This document shows, in pieces, positions 6,186 to 15,151 of a stretch of DNA of 15,334 bases. The notes beneath the pieces were generated by a model that saw only the letters and a list, made by a program, of their open reading frames with translations, was not told the DNA's origin and did no database searches. Positions within the stretch are counted from its first letter, which is position 1, and the number at the start of each line of letters is the position of its first letter. This stretch comes from Candidatus Undinarchaeota archaeon (GTDB taxonomy: Archaea > SpSt-1190), in the NCBI GenBank assembly GCA_964449215.1, contig CAYVAH010000018.1, positions 1 through 15,334 on the forward strand. Direction: 5' to 3'. A program made the position numbers and the translations under genes.

Positions 6186-8881
6186 CTTATCTCAACCCGC
6201 GTGGCTATCAGGTTCAGGTTCCCGGTCAGCTGTTTCAGATTTGACGGCGCTCTGGCTTCATAGTCGTTTACTCCGAAGGCGCCCCGGGTGGAGGCTTTCA
6301 GCTCGACAACGAACACCACGTCTTCAGCTCCAGTATATTCGCTGCCATCGTCCCCATCCCACAGTATTCCCACAAGCCAGGGCGAGCCGGATGTGACGTT
6401 GACAACGGGAACATCCGTTATTGTCACGCCATACACGTTGAAGCTGCTGGTGTTGTCCGCCCACCCATCACCATCCACATCGTAGGTGTTTTTCACACTA
6501 TCCGTGCAGTTTTCCGTTCCCAGAGCCACATCCAGCTCGTGAAGGTCGTCTGTCCCGTTCAGTGCCTTCAGGTTAAGGAAGTCCACATCAGCATCATAAT
6601 CGACCAGGAAAAAGTTGCCCTTCATTGTTGAGGGATTCCACTCAAATATGAGTGTGGTGTTGGAAGTTGCCAGCACGAGCTCTCCTGTAACATTACCGTG
6701 GAAATACGCCCATATTGGCACCGTCAGGTTGGTGGTGTTCCAGTCATTGTTTGGGTTCAACCCAACCACATCGCCGGCTGTTCGGGCGCTTACATTTACC
6801 TCATGTGTCCCCTGGCCGAACTGGGCGGTGAGGTTCACCCACACCCATCCCCCGGCCGAGAGATTCACAACAACTTCTCCGAGTGCTCTTGTCACACCAT
6901 TGCTGTCCGTGCTGTTGAACCAAATACTGGAGAAGTTCGCTTCGGATGGACCGGAGTTGCTCACGTTGGCCTGAATGAGGACCCATTCTCCTTCCTTGGG
7001 GCCCGTGTTGTTGACCACCACCTGGTTCACTGCCAGGTCTGCCTTCAGTTCCGTTTCATAGGAGGAAGAGAACATGTTCCACAGGCCATCCCACGAGTCG
7101 TTCACGTAAACGCGCCACCTTATGGTGCAGTGCGGGGTGCTGTTCACGACCCTGGTAACGTTCACCCATGCCGAGGTCCCGCTTAGCGGCACCCAAGAGT
7201 CGTTCACCAGGGTGCCCGTGCAGTTGTCAAACGAGAACACATATCCTGAGAGCCCCACGTTATCCGTCCAGTGAACGCGGTGTTCCACCGGCTGTCCGGC
7301 GGTGGTATCGTTGGTGGAGTTCTGTGACCATTTCGGGGGTTCAGTGTCCACGGACAGGAAAGAAACATCGCTGTAGCTGGAGTGTGACATCACATACCCG
7401 TCCCAGGCGTAGATGTCCGTGACGTTATATCTTCCCGGGATGAAGGTGTCGGTCCAGTTCACTTCCCAGGTTGGATAGCCTATGCTCACCATGCTGGCAT
7501 TCAGCAAGGTGCCATTGGGATATCGGAATGTGGCATTCACAGCCGTCACGTTGGCACCTTCATCATCAGTCACGGTGACATTCAACCTCACGTGTTCTCC
7601 GTTGTCGACCCGGGAGACGTTGAACTGCGGGTTGGATATCACAGGGGCGCTGTTGTTGATGTAACTCCCGCTTGTGCTGAACAGGAAGGTCGCTACCTGT
7701 TCGGAGGTGTGACTCCTGTCTGTGTCCAGGAGCTGGTCCTCATCATACACAAGGAAGGCACCGGTGGTGTTGAACGGGGATGTTCCATACAGGGCAGGCC
7801 AACCGCCGTTTGCATCGTCCATGGCAGCGGATGATATCACCCCCACGGAGGGTACCGTGGAGAAGGGGGAGCTGGAAGTCACGTAGAATGGCGGCGAGTC
7901 GGTCACGCCTTCGACTACGTCGCTCGACAGGAAAAAGTCATATTCCACACCGTTCAGCGTGCCGTGGCCCTGTTCAGCCACTATAAAGCCCACCAGCTCG
8001 TCCATCCTGCTCCTGTCCGGGTCCTCCGCCACGTGCTTTCCTGTGTAGAATTCGGTGGCGGAAGGCGGGTTCGCCCTCGAGGAGGCACTGGCCCAGAACA
8101 CCGACCATCTGGAGTCGTTGTGGGACATCACCTGTCCTTGGACGACCGGACTGGCGTAAATGTTCAGGTAGCTCTGCTGGACGGGGGTCCAGCTGTCGTT
8201 GTAGTCAGTCTGGGTGCTTATGTACCTCTGGGCTTCTATTCTGCGCCCATCAGGCAGGGTCCAGTTTCCTTCCTCCACCACTATGTAATGAACGTTCCTT
8301 GTGGTTGGTGTGGAACCATCCCCCGGGTTCTGGAGCTTGACCTCGAATGAGGTGAATGTGACGTTCGCAATTCTTGTGACTGTTGGCACTCCCGCATCCT
8401 CGTACTGTGGAGAAGCCACAATCACGGGGCTAACATACTCATAGGTCAGGTTCACCTGCACCCATTCCTCACCAACATTCGGCACGACCCCCCATTCCAT
8501 TATCAGGAAGCTGGCGGAATTGTGTGCCTTCACAGTCTTCCCACCGAAATCAAACTCCAGATGGTGTTTGCCACGGTTAAGAACCCTCGATACCTCCTTT
8601 CCGCCTTCTGAACATTCATAATTCCTTACCACGATGGTGTTTCCATCCCACTCATGTTTCATTTTCCGGGAGCCACAGTAAACGCCAAGGAACTCCAGGT
8701 CTTTTTCCCACTCCGTCCCTTCCGCGGGCGTTATTCTCAGGTCTGCCTTTCCCGTGGTGTTGAACCGCACCTCCCACAACCCTCCGACACAGGGGTATGA
8801 CTGCGGGTTCAGGATAACTATATCGGGCCTGGGAACTAAAGTGGGCACCAAAAATAGCGCCAGAATCCACCCCCACTTCAT
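6182..8881 (-). CDS. Large secreted surface glycoprotein (lectin-like repeats, Ig-like domains, CARDB-like domain)
   Basis: Signal-like N-terminus; more than 30 N-x-S/T sequons; three internal repeats at aa ~130-405; Ig-like NSAP../DTEPP.. domains; CARDB-like ADLAV..ANVSNSG..NPNND. ATG 8881 is preferred over TTG 8887 (TATA 8903-8908). Confidence 0.85.
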   Translation of the reverse strand: MKWGWILALFLVPTLVPRPDIVILNPQSYPCVGGLWEVRFNTTGKADLRITPAEGTEWEKDLEFLGVYCGSRKMKHEWDGNTIVVRNYECSEGGKEVSRVLNRGKHHLEFDFGGKTVKAHNSASFLIMEWGVVPNVGEEWVQVNLTYEYVSPVIVASPQYEDAGVPTVTRIANVTFTSFEVKLQNPGDGSTPTTRNVHYIVVEEGNWTLPDGRRIEAQRYISTQTDYNDSWTPVQQSYLNIYASPVVQGQVMSHNDSRWSVFWASASSRANPPSATEFYTGKHVAEDPDRSRMDELVGFIVAEQGHGTLNGVEYDFFLSSDVVEGVTDSPPFYVTSSSPFSTVPSVGVISSAAMDDANGGWPALYGTSPFNTTGAFLVYDEDQLLDTDRSHTSEQVATFLFSTSGSYINNSAPVISNPQFNVSRVDNGEHVRLNVTVTDDEGANVTAVNATFRYPNGTLLNASMVSIGYPTWEVNWTDTFIPGRYNVTDIYAWDGYVMSHSSYSDVSFLSVDTEPPKWSQNSTNDTTAGQPVEHRVHWTDNVGLSGYVFSFDNCTGTLVNDSWVPLSGTSAWVNVTRVVNSTPHCTIRWRVYVNDSWDGLWNMFSSSYETELKADLAVNQVVVNNTGPKEGEWVLIQANVSNSGPSEANFSSIWFNSTDSNGVTRALGEVVVNLSAGGWVWVNLTAQFGQGTHEVNVSARTAGDVVGLNPNNDWNTTNLTVPIWAYFHGNVTGELVLATSNTTLIFEWNPSTMKGNFFLVDYDADVDFLNLKALNGTDDLHELDVALGTENCTDSVKNTYDVDGDGWADNTSSFNVYGVTITDVPVVNVTSGSPWLVGILWDGDDGSEYTGAEDVVFVVELKASTRGAFGVNDYEARAPSNLKQLTGNLNLIATRVEIR

Positions 8882-8912
8882 TAACAATTCTGAAGTTGTC
8901 CCCTTAAATGGT

Positions 8913-9902
8913 TTATCGCAGTTTCAGGACCCGGCGCTTTCCCCTGCCTGGAAGCTCTTCCGAGTCGAGCAACTGTAGCTCTATGAGCTCCTTGACATAT
9001 TTCCTGAACGTCCTTTCGGCTCCTTTGCCGCCAATCTTCCGGTATCTGGCAAAGAGCTCCGGAGAGAGTGCCCTCCCCCCCAGTGTCTTCAGGGCCTCGA
9101 CAACCAGTCTGTGTTCCCCTTCCAGCTCCCCCTGCCTTCGCTCCTTTTTTGGGTCCTCCTGCACCTCCACACCTTTCACGTGCTGCACCTCGAGCCGCTG
9201 TCCCATCTTACCTGCGAGCCGACCGGCCCTCAGCAACAGGTTCAGTCCGTAGCGCACATCGGAGCCGTGCTTGTAGGACAGTCTTGCCGCGACCTTCACG
9301 GCCATGGGGTCATAGTCCTGGAAGGCAAGCCGGGCGCGTTCCTCCAGAATATCGAAGAGTTCCCCCACCGAATACCTTTCAAATTCGACTGTGACTGGCG
9401 AGAGTGATGATTTTACGCGCTGATCAAATTTTCTCATGGCATAGGGGTCGTTGGATACCATAACAACGCCCACAGGCAATCCCGTCCTGCTGAGCACGTA
9501 AAGCACGCCATCATCTGTCAGGGCGTCCACCTCGTCCAGGACGAACACCAGCCTTTCTCCTGAGATGTTCTGGATGAACTCCCCAACCAGTTCATCCACG
9601 CTCCTGCCCTTTCGGGGCACTGGGTAAGACAGCTGTCTCAGGGCTTCCGTTAGCACTGCCACTTCAGTGCGATGATACCAGCAGTTAATGTATATGCCCT
9701 GAACAGCCTGTTCGGAGAACTCGCGCATCACGAACTTGGCAACGGCTGTCTTGCCGATGCCTGCAGGTCCGCAGAGGAATACGTTTGTTGCCCGCCGCCC
9801 TTCCACCAAGGGCTTGAGCAGTTCAAATACTTCCGCCACTTCCCCCTCCCTGTGTGGGAGGACTTCCGGCACGTAGTCCGGGTCAAGATACTGCTCTCTC
9901 AC
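8913..9902 (-). CDS. cdc6: Orc1/Cdc6 replication initiator (AAA+ plus wHTH)
   Basis: DYVP..LPHRE, Walker A GPAGIGKT, YINC, Walker B VLDEVD, RVKSSL, Y...EL.DIL.ER, DVR, wing GRGKRR. Confidence 0.93.
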   Translation of the reverse strand: MREQYLDPDYVPEVLPHREGEVAEVFELLKPLVEGRRATNVFLCGPAGIGKTAVAKFVMREFSEQAVQGIYINCWYHRTEVAVLTEALRQLSYPVPRKGRSVDELVGEFIQNISGERLVFVLDEVDALTDDGVLYVLSRTGLPVGVVMVSNDPYAMRKFDQRVKSSLSPVTVEFERYSVGELFDILEERARLAFQDYDPMAVKVAARLSYKHGSDVRYGLNLLLRAGRLAGKMGQRLEVQHVKGVEVQEDPKKERRQGELEGEHRLVVEALKTLGGRALSPELFARYRKIGGKGAERTFRKYVKELIELQLLDSEELPGRGKRRVLKLR

Positions 9903-9937
9903 GGGAGCAATTGTCCGGGAGTTTTATATTTCTGTTG

Positions 9938-10879
9938 CTACCAGCCGCGCGGGTAAACACCCTTTTCCATGACCACACGGTCCGTTTTTACGACATCCCC
10001 TTCCCAGAGCTTCACAGCATCCTCGGCGTCCATAAGAGCGGGGCCAATTGCAACGAGCTCCCCTTTCAGGCTCATTATTGCAGAGAGCTTCCCGGCCCGC
10101 AGTGACTCCTCAACCTGTGCCACCCCCACCACCCCAAGCCTTGCTCCGTGGGTTACACTCGCCACAGCACTGTCCTTTGCATAGACCTTCGGGACCATAA
10201 GCACGCCATCCTCCACGGGTCGCACCACTTTCCGCAGAAGCTCTTCTCTGCCGGTCTCTTTGTAGAGCATCCAGGCTTCGTGCAACTCCTGCATGGTCAC
10301 TGATGTTGCCTCGGTAAATGGTCCTGCCCGGACACGGCGAAGTTGTTTCATGTTTGCCCCCACACCCAGTTCCACGCCCATGTCGTGACAGAGCTTGCGG
10401 ATATAGGTGCCCGCCTCGACACCTGTTTTGAACAGAACCTCCCTCCCCACAACTTCAAGTATCTCAAAGTAATACACCCTCCGCTGCCGGGGCTCCCTCT
10501 TCACGGCGCTTTTTGCCGGCGGGAGCTGTGTTATCTCCCCTTCAAACTTAGCCGCCGTTTCCAGCAGCTTCTTCCTGCCAACATCCCCGTGCAGGTGCAT
10601 GACCCCCACATACTCTTTGCCCGCCTTCAGCAAGGCAGGGATTATCTTGGTGGAGTTGTTCAGCACCACTGGGAGCACACCTGTGACCCCCGGGTCCAGT
10701 GTTCCGGAGTGTCCCGCCTTCTTGGCGCCGAGCATTCTCTTTACCCAGGACGTCACCTGATGGCTTGTGGGTCCAGCAGGTTTATCAATGACAACTATTC
10801 CGTTCCTCAGCAGTTCCAGGAGGGGTCTTTTCCATGGGTTCTTTCCATATTTGCTCTCTTCGGGGTCCCTGATTAGCAC
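9938..10879 (-). CDS. cbf5: H/ACA RNA-guided pseudouridine synthase Cbf5 (TruB family, PUA domain)
   Basis: IDKPAGPTSHQV, GHSGTLDP (catalytic Asp), KEYV, Q.PP.KSAVKR, GTYIRKLCHD; PUA domain AKDSAVASVTHGA. Confidence 0.97.
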   Translation of the reverse strand: MLIRDPEESKYGKNPWKRPLLELLRNGIVVIDKPAGPTSHQVTSWVKRMLGAKKAGHSGTLDPGVTGVLPVVLNNSTKIIPALLKAGKEYVGVMHLHGDVGRKKLLETAAKFEGEITQLPPAKSAVKREPRQRRVYYFEILEVVGREVLFKTGVEAGTYIRKLCHDMGVELGVGANMKQLRRVRAGPFTEATSVTMQELHEAWMLYKETGREELLRKVVRPVEDGVLMVPKVYAKDSAVASVTHGARLGVVGVAQVEESLRAGKLSAIMSLKGELVAIGPALMDAEDAVKLWEGDVVKTDRVVMEKGVYPRGW

Positions 10880-10902
10880 ATCACCAACCTCTCTGGGAGA
10901 TT

Positions 10903-11796
10903 TTATGATTTCCGGGTGAGCAACCCCACATGAAAGCCCAAAACATATGCCAGCAGCCGGAAGGGCAGGAGAAGACCGCCGACCAGTCCATATATGTCTG
11001 GACTCCTATAAAGCCCGTAAATTGTGGAGAGTGCAAAGGGGAGCGCTAAGCTCCCCGGGAAGAGCAGCGAAGCGGCAACCAGCCCATAAAATCCCAGCAG
11101 GACTGCTGCCACCTTTTTCCCGTAGGCGGTGTTTCTCAGCCCCGCCTCCCCATCTCCCTTTCCGTATATGAAAAATTGCTTCAGCCATTTTCCCAGTGAA
11201 GAGCGCATTCTCCACATCACCACTGCATCATCAGCTTTTTGAAATTCACACCCTGCCTCCTCCAGACGGGCATTGAACAGTGTGTCCTCTCCCGTGTAAA
11301 GGTTCTCAGGGTACCCACCCACTTTTTCCCAGCAGGACTTCCTGAACATCACACTACGGGAGCTCGGGTTCTTCGTTCCGGAGCGTTTCACAAACACCGC
11401 CTGAACCTTTTCGAAGAAGTTCTCGGCCAGCGGGATAAAGTTTCCTGCGACCACGTCCCCCCCATGCCCGGCCAGTTTTTCCAGCCAGTCTCGCTTTGCC
11501 ATGCACCCCCCATCTATGGAGGCTATCCACTCACAGGAGGAGTTTTTCACCGCTATGTTCCTGCCCCTGGCTATATTTGCACCCTCCTCCCTGATGGTCT
11601 TCAGTTTCACACCCACCCTTTTGAATATGTCCTTCCACTCCTGCAGGCGTTCCCAGGTGCCATCCGTGGAGCCGCCATCAACCACCACTATCTCCTTCGG
11701 CTTGAGTGTTTGGTTGAGAAGAGAGCTCATAAGTGCGTCCAAGGTTCCCACTTCGTTCATAAGGGTGCATATCACTGAAATCTCAGAGCGTGCCAT
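10903..11796 (-). CDS. GT2-family glycosyltransferase with C-terminal membrane helices
   Basis: ISVI...NE, VVVDGGSTDGT, A.GRN, DGG at the DxD position, W.KVGGY.E and GED; hydrophobic C-terminus. Overlaps the aIF2-gamma end by 14 bp. Confidence 0.92.
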   Translation of the reverse strand: MARSEISVICTLMNEVGTLDALMSSLLNQTLKPKEIVVVDGGSTDGTWERLQEWKDIFKRVGVKLKTIREEGANIARGRNIAVKNSSCEWIASIDGGCMAKRDWLEKLAGHGGDVVAGNFIPLAENFFEKVQAVFVKRSGTKNPSSRSVMFRKSCWEKVGGYPENLYTGEDTLFNARLEEAGCEFQKADDAVVMWRMRSSLGKWLKQFFIYGKGDGEAGLRNTAYGKKVAAVLLGFYGLVAASLLFPGSLALPFALSTIYGLYRSPDIYGLVGGLLLPFRLLAYVLGFHVGLLTRKS

Positions 11797-12949
11797 AGCC
11801 TATCAGTCTCCACTTGCCCTCCACCCTGCGGCTGAGCACGAACCTGTCGCCCTTGTCGGCACATACCGGCTTTTTCAGCGCTATCGTCGCCCTGCTCCCT
11901 GTGCTCTTGACAGTGCCGAGACTGACAGTGGTGTTGACATTCACTATGAGCGGCTCCCCTTCCCGCAGGGGTTCGACCGCCACTTCCTTGCCTTCCAGGC
12001 CGACCACATGGTCGAAAAGTTTCACGTCCAGCTTGACCTCCTGAAATGTGGGTGGTAGCTTTCCGGGTTTCCCTGCAACGGCGCCGAGCATTGCATCCTG
12101 CTTGGTCAGGTTCGGGTCGAGCTTTGTTCCAATGGCTATGCTTCCTCCGGGTGTGGCTTCCCTGAGCCGGAGGTTTTCGGTGGCGAGTGACACAACTTCT
12201 GTCACAAGTGGCTGCCAGCCCCTGTCCGTCTCAATTCCGGGGCGTATCTCTACTTCGTCCCCGACAGCGAGTTTTCCCCTCACCAGGGCTCCCCCGAGGA
12301 CACCCCCCACCAGTTTTTTCGGGTCGGTGCCGGGACGGTTCACGTCAAAGCTCCGGACCACGAGGAACTTCGGCTCGGCTTTCGGGTCCCTCTTGGGCGT
12401 GGGTATATGCTTCTCGATGGCTTCGATGAGCAGGTCTATGTTCACGTTGTGCAACGCCGATACGGGTATCACCGGAGCTTCAATCCCGTATTCCTTCAGG
12501 AACTCCTGAATCTTCCCATGGTTTTCAAGGGCTTCTTCCTTTGTCACGGCGTCCAGCTTGTTCTGGACCACCACCATTCTGGTTATCCCGGCAATCTTCG
12601 CGGCCATGGCATGCTCCTTTGTCTGTGCCCTTATCCCTTCCCTGGCGTCTATCACCAGGAGCGCCCCGTCCATCACGGAGCTGGCTGCGAGCATGACGGC
12701 CATCAACGCCTCATGTCCGGGTGCATCCACAAAGCTCACGCAGCGCAGGAACTTGCCCTTACCCTCTGTGTTGTAGCTTTCCCCCTTGTAAAAGCAGGTG
12801 TTGGCATAACCGAGCTTGATGGTGATGCCCCTCTTTATCTCTTCACTGAAGGTGTCGGTCCACTTCCCGCTCAGGGCCTGTGTGAGTGTGGTCTTCCCGT
12901 GGTCCACATGCCCTATCATTCCTATGTTTATCTCCGGTTTTTTGTTCAC
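11783..12949 (-). CDS. eif2g: Translation initiation factor aIF2 gamma subunit
   Basis: GHVDHGKT, RGITIKLGYA, DAPGHE, NKLD, SAL; aIF2g-specific RSFDVNRPG..GGVLGG and WRLIGYG; follows rpS6e. Confidence 0.96.
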   Translation of the reverse strand: MNKKPEINIGMIGHVDHGKTTLTQALSGKWTDTFSEEIKRGITIKLGYANTCFYKGESYNTEGKGKFLRCVSFVDAPGHEALMAVMLAASSVMDGALLVIDAREGIRAQTKEHAMAAKIAGITRMVVVQNKLDAVTKEEALENHGKIQEFLKEYGIEAPVIPVSALHNVNIDLLIEAIEKHIPTPKRDPKAEPKFLVVRSFDVNRPGTDPKKLVGGVLGGALVRGKLAVGDEVEIRPGIETDRGWQPLVTEVVSLATENLRLREATPGGSIAIGTKLDPNLTKQDAMLGAVAGKPGKLPPTFQEVKLDVKLFDHVVGLEGKEVAVEPLREGEPLIVNVNTTVSLGTVKSTGSRATIALKKPVCADKGDRFVLSRRVEGKWRLIGYGTL

Positions 12950-12981
12950 AACTCAACCTAAGGGGGTCATTTATAATGGTT

Positions 12982-13368
12982 TTACGGGCTTTTTTCTTTC
13001 TTGAAAATTTCTTCCAGGGATTTCTTTCCAGCCTTGATTACGGCCACGTTGAGCTGGGCTATGTCGAGGTCTACCGTATTTCCACGGATCATTTTCCGGC
13101 GCCTGACTCCCTTCTCTCTGGGCTTATATCCCGGGCCGCTTGCGAGAAGCAGACGCTTGCGCACGGCTCCCTGCAGGTCGGCACGCATGGGAAAGCCGTC
13201 CTTGTCGGTTCCCCCGCGGACCTGCAGTTCGTATCCCGGCAGGCCAAAGTCGTCGCCCTTGAAGCTGTCCCCTATCTTCAGCCCCCTGAGTTTTCTGGAC
13301 TGCTCTTCAGTGAGTGTGACCTGATGAGTCTTTCCTTTATGGCTCACGACCAGGCGCATTTCGACCAT
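12982..13368 (-). CDS. rps6e: 30S ribosomal protein S6e
   Basis: GLKIGD..G...GL.GYEL.VRGG.DKDGFPMR and G.RRRK.IRGN....I.QLN. Confidence 0.97.
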   Translation of the reverse strand: MVEMRLVVSHKGKTHQVTLTEEQSRKLRGLKIGDSFKGDDFGLPGYELQVRGGTDKDGFPMRADLQGAVRKRLLLASGPGYKPREKGVRRRKMIRGNTVDLDIAQLNVAVIKAGKKSLEEIFKKEKSP

Positions 13369-13399
13369 GCCCTAACTCCGCGGAGGGTTTTTTAAGGTT

Positions 13400-15151
13400 T
13401 TACCCCAGCATCCCCCAGGTTTTTTTGCCTTTGCGCTTGATTCTTACAATTTCTTTCAGGACTTCACGCTCATCTTCGCTCAGCAGGTCGAGATACTCCT
13501 TAAGCTTCCGGTATTCCTGCTCGGTCAGGCTTGTGAGCAGCAGGTCTCCTTCCTTTATCTGCCGCCCCACCGTGGGCCCATCGATGCTCGCGGCCAGCCT
13601 GCTGCACGGGCAGGCTTCCTTCACGGCTTCCCCCTGAACCTCCAGCTGCTTGATTTCCCCCACAACCTTCCCGTCTTCCCGCATAACCTCCACATGGTTC
13701 TTCAGCACCCCCCCAAGGACCTCTATCCCCACTATGGCGGGTTTGCTGGTCCGGAAAACACACCCCGGGACAATGCGGAACTTCGCAGGTCTTGTCAGCT
13801 TGGACAGCTCTTTCTCCCGTATTTTTTCCTTTTCCGCTTCCACCCATTCTTCATATTTCTCGATGAGTTTGTAGACTATGTTGCCCGTGATGACCTTCAC
13901 ACCCTTCGACTCTGCAAGCCCCGGTTCCGTGTTTTTGGCGTTGAAGCCCAGCACGACCCCATAGAAGGGTTCCACCTGCCGGACTTCCTCAGCCTCCACT
14001 ATATCGCTCCTCGCGATGTCCCCAACCCGTGCCATCCGGACCGGGATTCCCCTCTCCTGCAGCATGTTCACAAGGGCTTCCAGAGTGCCCAGGGCATCCG
14101 CTTTCACGACCACACCGACCCTGTCGGTTGAGAACTCTATTTCGTGCATCTCCTCCTCAATCTCCCGGATGGCTTCGTCGAGCTTCTCAGCGACCACTAT
14201 CGAGCTTCCCGCAACAGCCTTGTCGAGCCCGGGTGCGCTTATCTTGACCCCGCTGGCTGCCACAACTTCCTTGACCCTCACGAACCTCTTTTCCGCCCTT
14301 ATCTCCTTGAGCGGCTGTGGCTTGAACAGTCCCCTGACCTTTGTCACTATCGGTTCTTCCACCCCGGACACGACTATGGTGTCTCCCGCACGCAGCCGGC
14401 CATCGTAGATTATGGCATCCGCCGTCGTTCCCAGACCCTTTTCCTGCTTTATCTCCAGGATATTCCCCCTGGTCTTCCCCGTGGTTTCCAGCTGCTTCCC
14501 CAGGTATTTCTGGGCGAGACCCGCGATAAGGGCGAGCACGTCAATGATGCCCTCCCCTGTCGTTCCTGAGGTCGGCACCACAACCACCTGCTTGGTGAAG
14601 TCCCTCACGCGGTCAAGCCTCTCGGCTTCGAAGCCCAGCTCTGACAGCTTTCCCACAATCTCGTATAGCTTCACCTCCAGGTTGCTCAGCCCTTCTGGGC
14701 TCTGGTTTTTCAGGTTCGACAGGAAGCTCCCCGGCTTGCTCTCATATCCGGGCAGGAGGTCCACCTTGTTGGCAGCAACCAGGAAGGGCACCTTGAACTG
14801 CTTGAGTATCTCTATGCTCTCCACAGTCTGGGGCTGCACGCCGGACATTATGTCAATTACCAGCACCGCCAGGTCAGCCACACTTCCCCCCCGCTTTCGG
14901 AGGTTTGAGAAGGCGGCATGTCCCGGCGTGTCCACGAACAGGAGCCCCGGCACCTTGACTTCAACGCCCAGCCGGTCCAGCATGGGCTTGCAGAACTTCC
15001 TTATGTAGTCGGCAGGCACTTCCGTGGCACCTATATGCTGTGTTATCCCGCCGGCTTCCCTTTTCTGGACCTGGGTCCGCCTGATAAAGTCAAGTATCTG
15101 CGTTTTCCCGTGGTCAACATGCCCGAGGACCACGACTATGGGCTGCCTCAC
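13400..15151 (-). CDS. infB: Translation initiation factor aIF5B (IF-2)
   Basis: RQPIVVVLGHVDHGKT, EAGGITQHIGA, DTPGH.AF.NLR.RGGS, NKVD, KADALGTLEAL, VFR.SKPAIVG; no intein. Confidence 0.98.
   Translation of the reverse strand: MRQPIVVVLGHVDHGKTQILDFIRRTQVQKREAGGITQHIGATEVPADYIRKFCKPMLDRLGVEVKVPGLLFVDTPGHAAFSNLRKRGGSVADLAVLVIDIMSGVQPQTVESIEILKQFKVPFLVAANKVDLLPGYESKPGSFLSNLKNQSPEGLSNLEVKLYEIVGKLSELGFEAERLDRVRDFTKQVVVVPTSGTTGEGIIDVLALIAGLAQKYLGKQLETTGKTRGNILEIKQEKGLGTTADAIIYDGRLRAGDTIVVSGVEEPIVTKVRGLFKPQPLKEIRAEKRFVRVKEVVAASGVKISAPGLDKAVAGSSIVVAEKLDEAIREIEEEMHEIEFSTDRVGVVVKADALGTLEALVNMLQERGIPVRMARVGDIARSDIVEAEEVRQVEPFYGVVLGFNAKNTEPGLAESKGVKVITGNIVYKLIEKYEEWVEAEKEKIREKELSKLTRPAKFRIVPGCVFRTSKPAIVGIEVLGGVLKNHVEVMREDGKVVGEIKQLEVQGEAVKEACPCSRLAASIDGPTVGRQIKEGDLLLTSLTEQEYRKLKEYLDLLSEDEREVLKEIVRIKRKGKKTWGMLG

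Noticed and set aside
4109..6263. Long antisense ORFs 4109-4897 and 5646-6263
   Set aside because: Shadow frames of the ligase and nuclease/surface genes; no motifs or start signals.
11783..12949. SelB or EF-Tu identity suggested by DAREG..QT.EH
   Set aside because: RSFDVNRPG, GGVLGG, WRLIGYG, the length and the position after rpS6e identify aIF2-gamma; there is no SelB domain IV.
12048..15008. Several 100-200 aa plus-strand ORFs opposite aIF2g, S6e and aIF5B
   Set aside because: Antisense shadows of conserved genes with no recognisable motifs.
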